Assembly (NCBI GenBank): GCA_900318115.1
Contig: ONJJ01000021.1
Span: forward strand, 8,773 to 72,772
Source of the DNA: an uncultured Prevotellaceae bacterium
Lineage (GTDB): Bacteria; Bacteroidota; Bacteroidia; Bacteroidales; Bacteroidaceae
Direction of reading: 5' to 3'
DNA length: 64,000 bases
Part shown: piece by piece, positions 1 through 9,363 of the stretch
Layout: each line of letters begins with the position of its first letter
Numbering within the stretch: position 1 is the stretch's first letter
Notes under the pieces: generated by a model
The model's input: the letters and a program-made list of their open reading frames with translations, nothing else
The model's database searches: none
What the model was told of the DNA's origin: nothing
Made by a program: the position numbers and the translations under genes

Positions 1-3000
1 ATATATGCAAACTCCTTCCCCGCCTCCTTCGACTTCTCGTCCACCTTGTTTAGCTTCATGACCTGGCACGAGTAGCCTATCTTGCCCTCCACCACCGGCA
101 CGCCGAAAGTGCCGCTGAAGTGGCAGTCCTTGAAGTCGTTCTGAAGGATGCTCAGTCCCACCTGATCCAACGAGAACGACCACCCTCCCAACTGTCCCTG
201 GGCGGAAGCAGAGAGTATCTGGTCGGCTGTCAACGTCAGCGTGGCACCACTCTTGTCGAAGAACATATCCGTAGCCGAGATTTTCAGGCGCCGGCCCTCA
301 ACACCCGCTCCATCGTCACTCGAGGGACCACTACTGAACTCCATGCTCGTGGGGAACTGCACGGAAATCTCCTTGATATAGCATCCCTGCCAAGCCACGT
401 CGTTTCCGGCGATGCCAGCTTTCTTCTTGTCGTAGTCTTTGGGGAAGGCACCCATGACCGGAGAGTTACGCTGCGATGCCATATCCACCACTATCTCCTG
501 TGCCGTGAAGGTCCAGCCCGGAAGGTCTTCCACCTGGAAAGGATCCATGGTCACACGATCGACCATGAACTCATTCCAGTCCTCCACGCTGGCAGCGATG
601 CGCAGCTTGGGATTCTCGTCGGTGGGCATCCCACCCACGTCCTTCACCAATCCCGGAATCGTCATCTCCATATCGATGCCGAAGATTTCCAGCTTGTCGT
701 CCTTCCACGCCACATAGCAGCCGTCGGTGGGTTGCAGGAGGTTCTGCGGCGCCTTGAAGGTCATCTTGTAGGTGGTATTCGGGTCTTTGATGGTGAAGTC
801 AGAGAGCAGCGCCAGCGTGCCGGCTTCCGGCAGCAGGCTGTTCGGAGAGATACAGACGCGCGGACAACCCAGCACGAGGATGTCGTTCTCTAAGTAGTCG
901 CTCTCCGGCAACACGAACTGACCGATGATATTCATCGTGGCGTGGTCGGGAGCGAACTTCATTCCTGCAATCTGGATATCCACGGGCGAGGAGTTGATGT
1001 CCTTGGGCAATGCCAGCGGCATGTACAGGCGGTCGATGCTGCCCTTTCGTGCCAGGTCCAAAAGGCTCTTGCCCGTCTTGACATAACCATAGTATTTCTT
1101 CAGGTCGATCTTCTGCGCCAGCCCTCTGGCAACATCCACGTTGGCACCTTGCAGGTATTCGGCGTTAGCAATCTTGCCATCGCCGATGAGGTTGTCGATA
1201 CCCCAGTCGCTGAACAGCTTATCAACACAACTGATGTCGCTCTGCGGGTCGTTGGAATAGCTCTCGCACACGCCTTCATAGACACGGTTCTCGGTGTTGA
1301 TTTTCAGGTTCTTGAACTGCACGCAAACCATCATGGGGAAGCCCATCGGACTCCATTCCACACGCCCCTTGCCTTCGAAGCCCTCTTCTGCAGAACCCTT
1401 GATCTCGTCGATGGTCAATTTATACTGTCCGATATCGACCACCTTGTCTCTGAGTCCGCTTGCAGCATCGTAGGTCGGGTTAAAGTTGGTGATAGTTATC
1501 TGACTGGAACACTGGAAGTATTTCTTCGCCAGATGCTCCGCCATCGCCAGGTCCAGCACGTTGATGGTGTCGGTGGAGAACGCCACAGACTCGCCATTGA
1601 CACACTTGGGTTCTACGCGGAGAACGACGTAGTCACCGAGATTCACGACCTGCTCGATATCCTCCCACGGAATGGTCAGGCTATAGTCCTCATCTTCTTT
1701 CACTTCCTTGCTGAAGACGGGATCCTTGGCCAACGTGGCGGCCTTATCCATCACCTGTCCGCCGTTGAAGAGCTGAACGGTATAGGCAAACTCCAGCGTG
1801 TCCGGCTCCTGACCGGGTCCGCCGAGATGATAGACGCCATCCCACTCCACGTTGATGTCCTCGCCCACAAACAGCTTGCGGGCCGTGGTGGGGTCGGAGA
1901 AGTAAGGAGTCGTAATCTGCGGCACACGGTAGGTGTATTCCTTCGTCGGGTCGATGGCGGCCTCGATGTCGCTGAAGCTGAAGATTCCTTCGATGTCCTC
2001 TTCTTCGTCCCCGTTCCCCTCTTCGTCATCCTCCTCGTCGTCCTCTTGTTTCTTGTTGTCATCCACCTGGTCCGAGGTCTTGATGCGGAAGAGCTTCAGG
2101 TCGCTGCGGCCGTTGCTCTCAATCTGTAAATAGGTAATCTCGCCGCCAGACTTGTTCTTGTTGATGGCCTGTACCCATGCCACATACGTGCTCGAAGGAT
2201 TCATATTCCGTATGTAATCCTGCGGAATGACGCACTGGGGCTGGGTGAGGCCGGAAGCTTTATAGAACGTGGCACCCTTGCGGACGGCATCATCTGCATC
2301 CTGCATGGGAAGCATTTCGACGACGGTGAAGCTGTACTCGAAAGTGGTGGCTGCGGGGTTGCAGACCACCACGGGCGGCATCCACGTGAAGATGGGAGAC
2401 AGGGGATCGACGGGCACAATGTCGCTGTCGTCCTGGCCGAAGTCCATGTTCACGGGTGTCAGGAATTTCGGTGCCTGGGCATTGTAACAGATATTAAAGA
2501 AGCCGATGCCGTCCTCCGGACTGCTGGCAGGCTGCGGCGTGGCGTATGCAGGCTGGTGCCATTTATAAGCCGTGAGATGAACCTGATAAAGGCCTTCGGG
2601 CAGCAGGCCGAAGCTGCCGTTGGAGTAGTTCGTGAAGAGGTCCTGCGGCGCTTTCACCTCTGCCAGCGGGATATGCTTGAACATCTCGTTCATCTCGACC
2701 AACGAGAGTTGATAGACGCCCTTGGCAGGAATGGAATAGGGGCGGGAAGGCTGGCGCCGCGGTGGAGTGGAGATGGAGAGACCGTCATCGGGTACGGTCT
2801 GGTCCAACTGGAATCCCAGATAGACGTCCTGCGTCTCGTCCGTGAGGTTCGTCAACGTGATGTTGAAATAAGCTCCGATGTTGAAGATATAGAGGAATAC
2901 CTGGGGCGGAAGAACCTGCTGGACGGGCGTTACCGTGACCATGACATCCTGTGCCAGGCAGGTTGAGAACTGAGAGTTGAAAGAGGATAGTTGAAGGAGG

Positions 3001-3137
3001 AGGAAAAAGAACAGACCCACTCCCCTGCCCTTCCTGCCAGTCGGAACACGTAGCAGTTCCCCCTTCAGACCACCTGTCATGGAAGGGAGCATATACTTGT
3101 GAAGAAGACGTCGGACTATATTCATTTTATATCTCAT
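1..3137 (-). CDS. Very large secreted protein of unknown function, N-terminal 1045 codons; gene continues beyond the left edge
   Basis: My own reverse-complement translation is open from ATG 3137 (MRYKMNIVRRLL..., hydrophobic segment VGLFFFLLLQL..AQD) to base 1 (..KSKEAGKEFAY). It is absent from the ORF track only because it has no stop in the window. The start lies 10 nt after the stop of the upstream barrel gene. It contains the acidic linker DDNKKQEDDEEDDEEGNGDEEEDIEG. The + strand ORFs 120..893 and 942..2129 are antisense shadows. Confidence 0.8.
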   Translation of the reverse strand, partial: MRYKMNIVRRLLHKYMLPSMTGGLKGELLRVPTGRKGRGVGLFFFLLLQLSSFNSQFSTCLAQDVMVTVTPVQQVLPPQVFLYIFNIGAYFNITLTNLTDETQDVYLGFQLDQTVPDDGLSISTPPRRQPSRPYSIPAKGVYQLSLVEMNEMFKHIPLAEVKAPQDLFTNYSNGSFGLLPEGLYQVHLTAYKWHQPAYATPQPASSPEDGIGFFNICYNAQAPKFLTPVNMDFGQDDSDIVPVDPLSPIFTWMPPVVVCNPAATTFEYSFTVVEMLPMQDADDAVRKGATFYKASGLTQPQCVIPQDYIRNMNPSSTYVAWVQAINKNKSGGEITYLQIESNGRSDLKLFRIKTSDQVDDNKKQEDDEEDDEEGNGDEEEDIEGIFSFSDIEAAIDPTKEYTYRVPQITTPYFSDPTTARKLFVGEDINVEWDGVYHLGGPGQEPDTLEFAYTVQLFNGGQVMDKAATLAKDPVFSKEVKEDEDYSLTIPWEDIEQVVNLGDYVVLRVEPKCVNGESVAFSTDTINVLDLAMAEHLAKKYFQCSSQITITNFNPTYDAASGLRDKVVDIGQYKLTIDEIKGSAEEGFEGKGRVEWSPMGFPMMVCVQFKNLKINTENRVYEGVCESYSNDPQSDISCVDKLFSDWGIDNLIGDGKIANAEYLQGANVDVARGLAQKIDLKKYYGYVKTGKSLLDLARKGSIDRLYMPLALPKDINSSPVDIQIAGMKFAPDHATMNIIGQFVLPESDYLENDILVLGCPRVCISPNSLLPEAGTLALLSDFTIKDPNTTYKMTFKAPQNLLQPTDGCYVAWKDDKLEIFGIDMEMTIPGLVKDVGGMPTDENPKLRIAASVEDWNEFMVDRVTMDPFQVEDLPGWTFTAQEIVVDMASQRNSPVMGAFPKDYDKKKAGIAGNDVAWQGCYIKEISVQFPTSMEFSSGPSSDDGAGVEGRRLKISATDMFFDKSGATLTLTADQILSASAQGQLGGWSFSLDQVGLSILQNDFKDCHFSGTFGVPVVEGKIGYSCQVMKLNKVDEKSKEAGKEFAY

Positions 3138-3146
3138 AGGGTCTTT

Positions 3147-4904
3147 TTACTTTTCTTTTCGCGTTATGGCCTTCCACTCAAACGTATAGGTGTAGTTGAG
3201 GCTGGCGGAGAAGTCGATGTTGCCGAGATCACTGCGCAACCGCGAGAGGTTGACGTCGCCGTACTTGTTGAAGCTCATGGCGGCAGAGAAAGCATGATTC
3301 TTCTTGAGGACATAGCTGGCAGAGGCACTGCCGCCGAGGGAGAGGCTCTTGGACTGATGCCACACCTCATTATATACGATATTGCCCGTCAGGGAGACGT
3401 GCAGGTTGTTTTCTTCGAGGAAGGAGCGACCGGCAGACAGCGAAGCGATGTCGCTGCGATAGCGGGTGTTGTAGCCACGTGTCTGTTGGTCACTGAGACT
3501 GAGGGTGAAATCCACGCCCCAGTCCTTGACACCCATGCAATAGGAAGCACCTAAGGCACGTGTCGTGACGTCGCTCTCGCCCGTAGCATGGGGATTACGG
3601 TCGAGGTTCTGGGTGAAATTCAGGGAGAGAGAAGCCGTATGAGACAGCTTTTCCCGGTCGAGGGAGTAGGAAGGCGTCAGACTGTAGCTGGACATCTGGC
3701 GGTGGATGCGGGTGCTGTCGGGGACAACGACGGTGCCGTTGCCCTGCACCTGCGTGTAGCCATTGTAGTTGGCACCAATATTAAAATTGCTGCTCAGGCG
3801 CGCGTTCGCGTGTATTCCATAAATAAACCCGCGCGTGGTGTACATCTGACGTTTAGTCAGGTTGTCCGCCTGCCCGGAGAAGGTGGCGGAAAGAGAAATC
3901 ATCTTAAAGAGGCTGGTGCTCAAGTTGACACCCAGGCTATGGTAGTTGTTAGCCATATAGTTGAGTCCCAACGAGGTATAGTCGGGTTGCACCATCTTGT
4001 AGGAGAGGTGCGCCGAGATGCCGGACAGGCGCAGATTCATGCTGACATCGCCGGCAAAGCGCATCAGCGAGGAATAGCGCACATCGAAGATGTTGTTCCA
4101 CTTCGTGGCTTCCTCCGTCTTGATGGCGTCGGCAGTGATGTCGGTACTGAAGACACTCATCGCGGCATTGGCGGTGAACGACATCCATTTCAATGGTGCG
4201 ACAGCACCTTTCAGACCAATGATGAGGTTGTCCTTGGCGTTGATTTTCGTCCTCCAGTATTCGTTGACGGAACCATCGACGTCATAGGCTTTCAAGAGGT
4301 AGAGGTCGAGGTAGTTCTTGCGGTTGCCATAGCCGAACTTGAAGCCCCACGCCATGCGCTTGTACTGCGGGCTGCGAGCCAGTGGGTCATCCGGGTCGTC
4401 ATTAACGGCTTTGTGCAGGCGACCATAGAAGATTCCGGCATGCCATCGTTTGCTGTTGTACTCCACGCCGGCTCCCATGAACGACATATTCATGATATAG
4501 TTGGAAAACGGCATGCTGTTCTGACCCAAGTAGCCCGTCCAGTTCTTGTACTGGGGGGTCATGCTCAGTGACAGCTGGGGATAGGAGAAGTCCAGGTTAG
4601 AGTTGCTGTAGTAGAGCGAGAATGGCATATTGAAGCCGTAGAGCGAGATGTTCAGATCGAGGAACAGGGAGTTGCTCAACGGCGAAGAATAGCTACTACC
4701 CGTGGTGTAGCGATAGGTGTTGCGCGTTCCGATGGCACCGGAGATGATAAGCGGATCAGACTTGGCGATTTCAGAGATGTTCTGGGCCGAAGCCGAAGAG
4801 GGGATAAAGAAAGAGTGAAGAGTGAACAGCCCAAAGACACCCCGCAACAGCAGACTTGCAAGTCTGCCTTGGCTGAAGATACTATGGAGTCTCTGGCTGT
4901 CCAT
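3147..4904 (-). CDS. Predicted outer-membrane beta-barrel (porin-like) protein, family not recognised
   Basis: 585-aa ORF. Signal peptide ..FFIPSSASAQ. Long run of short amphipathic Y/S/N/G-rich strands with alternating hydrophobic residues. Aromatic-rich C-terminal strand SASLNYTYTFEW. Tightly packed between two same-strand genes. Confidence 0.7.
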   Translation of the reverse strand: MDSQRLHSIFSQGRLASLLLRGVFGLFTLHSFFIPSSASAQNISEIAKSDPLIISGAIGTRNTYRYTTGSSYSSPLSNSLFLDLNISLYGFNMPFSLYYSNSNLDFSYPQLSLSMTPQYKNWTGYLGQNSMPFSNYIMNMSFMGAGVEYNSKRWHAGIFYGRLHKAVNDDPDDPLARSPQYKRMAWGFKFGYGNRKNYLDLYLLKAYDVDGSVNEYWRTKINAKDNLIIGLKGAVAPLKWMSFTANAAMSVFSTDITADAIKTEEATKWNNIFDVRYSSLMRFAGDVSMNLRLSGISAHLSYKMVQPDYTSLGLNYMANNYHSLGVNLSTSLFKMISLSATFSGQADNLTKRQMYTTRGFIYGIHANARLSSNFNIGANYNGYTQVQGNGTVVVPDSTRIHRQMSSYSLTPSYSLDREKLSHTASLSLNFTQNLDRNPHATGESDVTTRALGASYCMGVKDWGVDFTLSLSDQQTRGYNTRYRSDIASLSAGRSFLEENNLHVSLTGNIVYNEVWHQSKSLSLGGSASASYVLKKNHAFSAAMSFNKYGDVNLSRLRSDLGNIDFSASLNYTYTFEWKAITRKEK

Positions 4905-4946
4905 TCTTCACTCTTCACGTTTTTAGCACTTGTCACTTTTCGTGGT

Positions 4947-7256
4947 TCACTTCACCACCTTACGTCCATTGGTGACCACGATTCCACGATAGCCACGCCC
5001 CACCTTCTGTCCGGCGAGGTTGTAGGCGTCGTTGAACGTCGGGATGTCGGTAGTGGTCTGAATGCCATCCACCACACCACTGCCGCTCAGCTTGACTGGT
5101 GCGCGCAAGGAACCTTGCATGGAGGTGTAGACGATGGACTGATCCAAGTCGGAGAACTCGGCGGTAGCCTTGTTGTACAGGCGGAAGTGCACCAGTTCGC
5201 CAGCCTTACCGGCAACGTTGATGATGAAGAGGTTGCCATCAATGGCAGCTCCCTCGCCGCGGCACTCGTCGCCGACGAAGGCACCGATACTGAAACGCTC
5301 GCCCGTTTCCAGACCTTCGAGTGCAGCGATGACGGGCATGTTGTCAGCGAAAGGACTGGCATCATACGTCCAGGGGCTGGGCTCTGCCATCTTCTCTTCC
5401 TGATGGAGTGCGGGGGAAGCACCCTTCACGCCACCTCCGGCAGGAGCATTGAAGTTCGGGCGGAAACCGCCGCCACCTGTCGTGTAGTAGATATAACCCT
5501 TACCGGGCTGGAAGGTGAAGTCGGCGGGTAGCCAAGTCGTGCCGTTAAAGGTAGCAGAAGTCGTCTTGCCGATAATCATGTCACCGGACTGGGCGGTGGT
5601 GGCCAGCTGGGTCTGAGCAATCGTCGTTGCGGTCTCCAGAGGATAGCTGATCCAAGTATAGCCTGTCTGAATGGTATTATAGACAGCCGTGGTGGAAGTG
5701 ATGGGCACGCAGTCAACACCCAAATCTATGACACAGGAACCGGCATCCGCGTAGGTGGCCTTCACCTTATACATACCACCTGCGGGCGTGAGCTCTGTGA
5801 TGTCGCCAATGAAGCCCCATGTGGCATCATTGTAGAGCAAGGCGGACTGAGAGCGGATTTCGATAATCTTGTTGCTGGCATTGAGGTTCATCCAGGCGAG
5901 GTAGTCGCCGCCACCACCCGTCAGGGGATAGGAGGTCTGACCTGCGCCGAAGGCATACAGCGATATCCAGTCCCAACCCGTGTTGTTCAGGGCCACCTCA
6001 GCCGGGATGCGTACCACACCTGCTGTGCCGTTCGTGGTGCTGCGCATGGGAGTCCCATCGTAGTACACGCGATAATTGTACGTGCCGACGTACTGACCCG
6101 TAAAGTTCCAATTCATACCCGAGGCGTCGGACATGACAGCCGTGGCACAGGGCATCCCCGAAGTGGCGTCGTTGAAGACGATGGTTATCAGACTCTTGTC
6201 GAAGTCGTCGCCAGTAAGGTTCGTGAAGGCGACAGGCGTGGCGTGGAGCTTGGACAGCACCAGGTCTGCGGGATAGTTGAAGCTGACGGGAGTAGGAATA
6301 TTGATGGTCAGGGTGGCTGTCACCTCCGGATTGGAAGCAGAGGCGATGATGACCTTCAGCATACCCGGAGCCGAGATGACATTACCTTCCAGGGTGGCTG
6401 TGCTGGAGGGGTCGATGGAGGTCGTCCAGCTGGCGTCGGTGGCGTTGGCAGGCAGCACCGTCACGGTCACCAGTTCTGCGATTTTCGTGAGATAGTTGTC
6501 GCCGACGGTGGCGGTGATGCTCGTGGGACTGAGGGTGATGGAGGTCACATCGACCACCGGTTCCGTGACGATGACCTTCGTGGAGACCGTGGTGGAGTAC
6601 TGCTTCTTAGCCACGCTGGAGCCGTAGTTCGGTCCCTGTACCTTCAGCGTCAGGTCATAGCCGTCGGGAGGTGTCACAGCAGTGGCTGTCAGCACGTTGC
6701 CCGTCATGGTCATCGTCCCCGATGCAGGCGTCCAAATATATTCGAACTCGCTTTCGATGTTGGATTTGTTCTGGCGCGAGGCTTCGTCGTAAAGAAACGT
6801 GACGTCAGCCGTCAGACCCCTTTCAGCCGGCAACGCTGCAACAACGTTGATGGGATCCACGATGGAGACACCCACCAAGGCATCCAGATAGAGGTCGATA
6901 GGCACGGAGTGCGTGGCGGTTTCGTTGTCAAAGATTTCAGTTGTCGTGAAGACGTACACCAGATTGTTGTAGAAAGCCTTGATGGTTATCGTCTTGTTCA
7001 TATCCTCGGGAGTACCGTTGACACGAAGAAGGTAGGCTGAGTTCCCTAAGTAGTTGGCAGTGGTGGCGGCAGCGCGGCAGCCACCATCGATGAATGCCGC
7101 AACCTCCAGACCTGAAGTAGTAGGAACACCATTTACCGTGACACGCACATAAAGTGGAGTCTCGGCAGAGCCACTGGCCATGGGGGTCCAGATAGCAGCT
7201 GTCATTGGCAGAATGCCGGATATCAACAGCGAGAAAAGAAGGATAAAACGTTTCAT
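4947..7256 (-). CDS. T9SS-secreted cell-surface protein with Big_2-like Ig domain and type-A C-terminal sorting domain
   Basis: 769-aa ORF. Signal peptide MKRFILLFSLLISGILPMTAA. Big_2-like segment VTSITLSPTSITATVGDNYL..VTVLPANATDASW. Repeated module ..AAFIDGGCRAAA.. / ..GAFVGDECRGEGAA... T9SS CTD-like tail AYNLAGQKVGRGYRGIVVTNGRKVVK. Confidence 0.8.
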   Translation of the reverse strand: MKRFILLFSLLISGILPMTAAIWTPMASGSAETPLYVRVTVNGVPTTSGLEVAAFIDGGCRAAATTANYLGNSAYLLRVNGTPEDMNKTITIKAFYNNLVYVFTTTEIFDNETATHSVPIDLYLDALVGVSIVDPINVVAALPAERGLTADVTFLYDEASRQNKSNIESEFEYIWTPASGTMTMTGNVLTATAVTPPDGYDLTLKVQGPNYGSSVAKKQYSTTVSTKVIVTEPVVDVTSITLSPTSITATVGDNYLTKIAELVTVTVLPANATDASWTTSIDPSSTATLEGNVISAPGMLKVIIASASNPEVTATLTINIPTPVSFNYPADLVLSKLHATPVAFTNLTGDDFDKSLITIVFNDATSGMPCATAVMSDASGMNWNFTGQYVGTYNYRVYYDGTPMRSTTNGTAGVVRIPAEVALNNTGWDWISLYAFGAGQTSYPLTGGGGDYLAWMNLNASNKIIEIRSQSALLYNDATWGFIGDITELTPAGGMYKVKATYADAGSCVIDLGVDCVPITSTTAVYNTIQTGYTWISYPLETATTIAQTQLATTAQSGDMIIGKTTSATFNGTTWLPADFTFQPGKGYIYYTTGGGGFRPNFNAPAGGGVKGASPALHQEEKMAEPSPWTYDASPFADNMPVIAALEGLETGERFSIGAFVGDECRGEGAAIDGNLFIINVAGKAGELVHFRLYNKATAEFSDLDQSIVYTSMQGSLRAPVKLSGSGVVDGIQTTTDIPTFNDAYNLAGQKVGRGYRGIVVTNGRKVVK

Positions 7257-7307
7257 AGGCAGGTAAAAATTATGGTTAAATAAAGATTATTTGACTAAAT
7301 TTTGGGG

Positions 7308-7315
7308 CAAAGATA
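7308..7315 (-). promoter_or_regulatory. Candidate Bacteroidota -7 promoter box (TATCTTTG) for the T9SS-cargo/barrel/giant-protein operon
   Basis: Minus-strand TATCTTTG matches TAnnTTTG, about 50 nt upstream of ATG 7256 in an AT-rich intergenic region. Confidence 0.35.
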
Positions 7316-7516
7316 AAGCACCTCTTCGAAACTGCCGTTGAGTTTTTGGGCCAAAATTTTGTAATTTCGAGGCTATTTTCTTGCCGGTATTTGTAATTTT
7401 TGAAGCATGAACCCGCTTAGGCCCTTGAAAAATAGCAAATTGCATTTACAATTCTCCCTCCGGGTCAAGAATCCTTTTTTTTTCATCATTTTCTTGCTCG
7501 TGATAAATAATTAAAG

Positions 7517-7524
7517 TACTTTTG
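7517..7524 (+). promoter_or_regulatory. Candidate -7 promoter box (TACTTTTG) for the TPR/AraC regulator
   Basis: TACTTTTG matches TAnnTTTG, 23 nt upstream of ATG 7547. Confidence 0.45.
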
Positions 7525-7546
7525 CAGCAGCAAATAACGAAAAAAC

Positions 7547-9244
7547 ATGAGACTATCACTCAGATTACCTGTGGCTGCCGCCGCACTCTTCTCACTTCTC
7601 ACTACCACCCATGCAGACTCTGTCGACAGCCTCTATCAGCTTGCTGTGAAGTCTGACAACGCATCGGCCGTTGCCGCTTCCAACGAATTGATGCTACTCT
7701 TGGATGCCGACGGGGTCACCGACAGCCTCATACGCTTCGCGACGCACTGCAGGCATGACGAGCGCCTGAAGACCATTCACCTCAACATGGCAGCATACTA
7801 CTACGGGAACACGGCTGACATGCCTTCGACCTTGCAGGCTGCCCGACAGGCCTCAGCAAAAGGACTGCTCTGCCGGGACACGGCAGCGGTCACCGAGGCA
7901 CTTGCTTATCAGGCGGTAGCTGCAAGCCGCATGGGACAGATCGACGTTGCCTTGGAAGCGACACGGGAGGAACTGAGATTAGACAGTCTCTCCGGGAACA
8001 TCCCGAATCTGGCGCGCGCCTACAACACCCTCGCAGGTTTATCTCTGCAGGCGGGCAGCCTCGAAGATGCTGAGAGCTATGTCCTGAGAGCCATAGACCT
8101 CGAACGCAGCCTGCCGGACAGCTCCCACCTCGGAGTGCGCTACGGACTGGCTGCGGAGATTTATGCCAAGAGGGGCCGCACCCCGCAGGCCTTGCAGTTC
8201 GCACAACGGGCCTATGAGCTGGAACGCACAGCGGGCAATGAGGTGAAGGCCGCCCGACGGTTGTCGCAGATGGCGGATATCTATGCCGCCTCGGGTGACG
8301 ACGTGCGAGCAGAATCTTTCTACCTCAGGGCTGGCGACATTCTTCGAAAGGCGGACGAGCAGCAGTCTCTCACCATCAACCTAAAGCAGTTGGGGCAGCT
8401 GTACCTCCGTCGCGGCAACAGGAGTGCAGCACTGAAGGTGCTGGAGGAATGCGAACAGCGATGCCGACAGAAGGGATTCCGCTACACGCTGCAACAGGTA
8501 TGCCGCCTGCTGGCAGAGGCCTATGCCGCGAACAACGCCTCCAAGGCCGTGGCGTATCTGACTGAAGCGCTGCAGCTGACGGACAGCATCCACAGTGAAC
8601 GTGCCGAGCAACTTTCCGCAGAACTGGGACGCAGCCAGCGCGAACTCATTCGGGAATCGGTTGTGGACGATGAGGCGGGTCACTCGTGGCATCTATACGT
8701 GCTGATTGGGGTCTTAGCCGCCATGGCTGGGATTGGGGGAGGATGGCTGTTGGCTGAGGCACGCCTGAGACGTAGGGAAAGGCAAGGTACAACAGGCAAA
8801 ATGGCCGAAGCATCGGGCACGACGGCCGAAGCCACGGAATCGGGCCTTACAGAAGAAAACGAACACGCGACAGCTACGACAGCGCAGGAGCCACCCCGCC
8901 AGAAAAAAGAGAACCTGGAATTCCTGGCCAAAGTGGCGGAGCTGTATGACCAGAACCTGAAGAACGGCCGACTGAGCATCGACGATTTGGCTTCTGAACT
9001 ATGCATGAGCCGTTCACAGTTCACTCGCCGTCTGACCGCGGCTTCGGGCATGGCTGCCAGCAACTTCCTCAACCGCATTCGTCTGGAGAAAGCATGCAGA
9101 CTACTGAAGGGCACCGAGAAGCCTGTGAGCACAATCGCCTACGAATGTGGTTTCGACGACACCTCATACTTCTCTAACCTCTTCAAAAAACAATACAAAG
9201 TGACACCCATGCAATTCCGCATCATGCCGAAAACCGAAGAATAA
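7547..9244 (+). CDS. Membrane-anchored TPR sensor fused to AraC-family HTH transcriptional regulator
   Basis: Signal peptide MRLSLRLPVAAAALFSLLTTTHA. TPR-like repeats (..AARRLSQMADIYAASGDDVRAESFYLRA..). TM helix YVLIGVLAAMAGIGGGWLLA. C-terminal AraC HTH (..LASELCMSRSQFTRRL.., ..IAYECGFDDTSYFSNLFKKQYKVTPMQFR). Confidence 0.85.
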   Translation: MRLSLRLPVAAAALFSLLTTTHADSVDSLYQLAVKSDNASAVAASNELMLLLDADGVTDSLIRFATHCRHDERLKTIHLNMAAYYYGNTADMPSTLQAARQASAKGLLCRDTAAVTEALAYQAVAASRMGQIDVALEATREELRLDSLSGNIPNLARAYNTLAGLSLQAGSLEDAESYVLRAIDLERSLPDSSHLGVRYGLAAEIYAKRGRTPQALQFAQRAYELERTAGNEVKAARRLSQMADIYAASGDDVRAESFYLRAGDILRKADEQQSLTINLKQLGQLYLRRGNRSAALKVLEECEQRCRQKGFRYTLQQVCRLLAEAYAANNASKAVAYLTEALQLTDSIHSERAEQLSAELGRSQRELIRESVVDDEAGHSWHLYVLIGVLAAMAGIGGGWLLAEARLRRRERQGTTGKMAEASGTTAEATESGLTEENEHATATTAQEPPRQKKENLEFLAKVAELYDQNLKNGRLSIDDLASELCMSRSQFTRRLTAASGMAASNFLNRIRLEKACRLLKGTEKPVSTIAYECGFDDTSYFSNLFKKQYKVTPMQFRIMPKTEE

Positions 9245-9363
9245 ATCGGCTGAAGACGGCGAGGCCTAAAATCAGACCTCGTTTAGTCTGGCTCGTTCTT
9301 TTGCGGATCCCATTGGGATATAAATGAACTTGTCAACTAAGAAAGATAACGAATACATTTCTT

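Noticed and set aside
120-2129. + strand ORFs 120..893 and 942..2129 as the genes of the left edge
   Set aside because: Their translations are compositionally odd (H/L/V/G/R-rich) and fragmented. The minus strand is open across the whole region in one frame with protein-like sequence continuous from ATG 3137.
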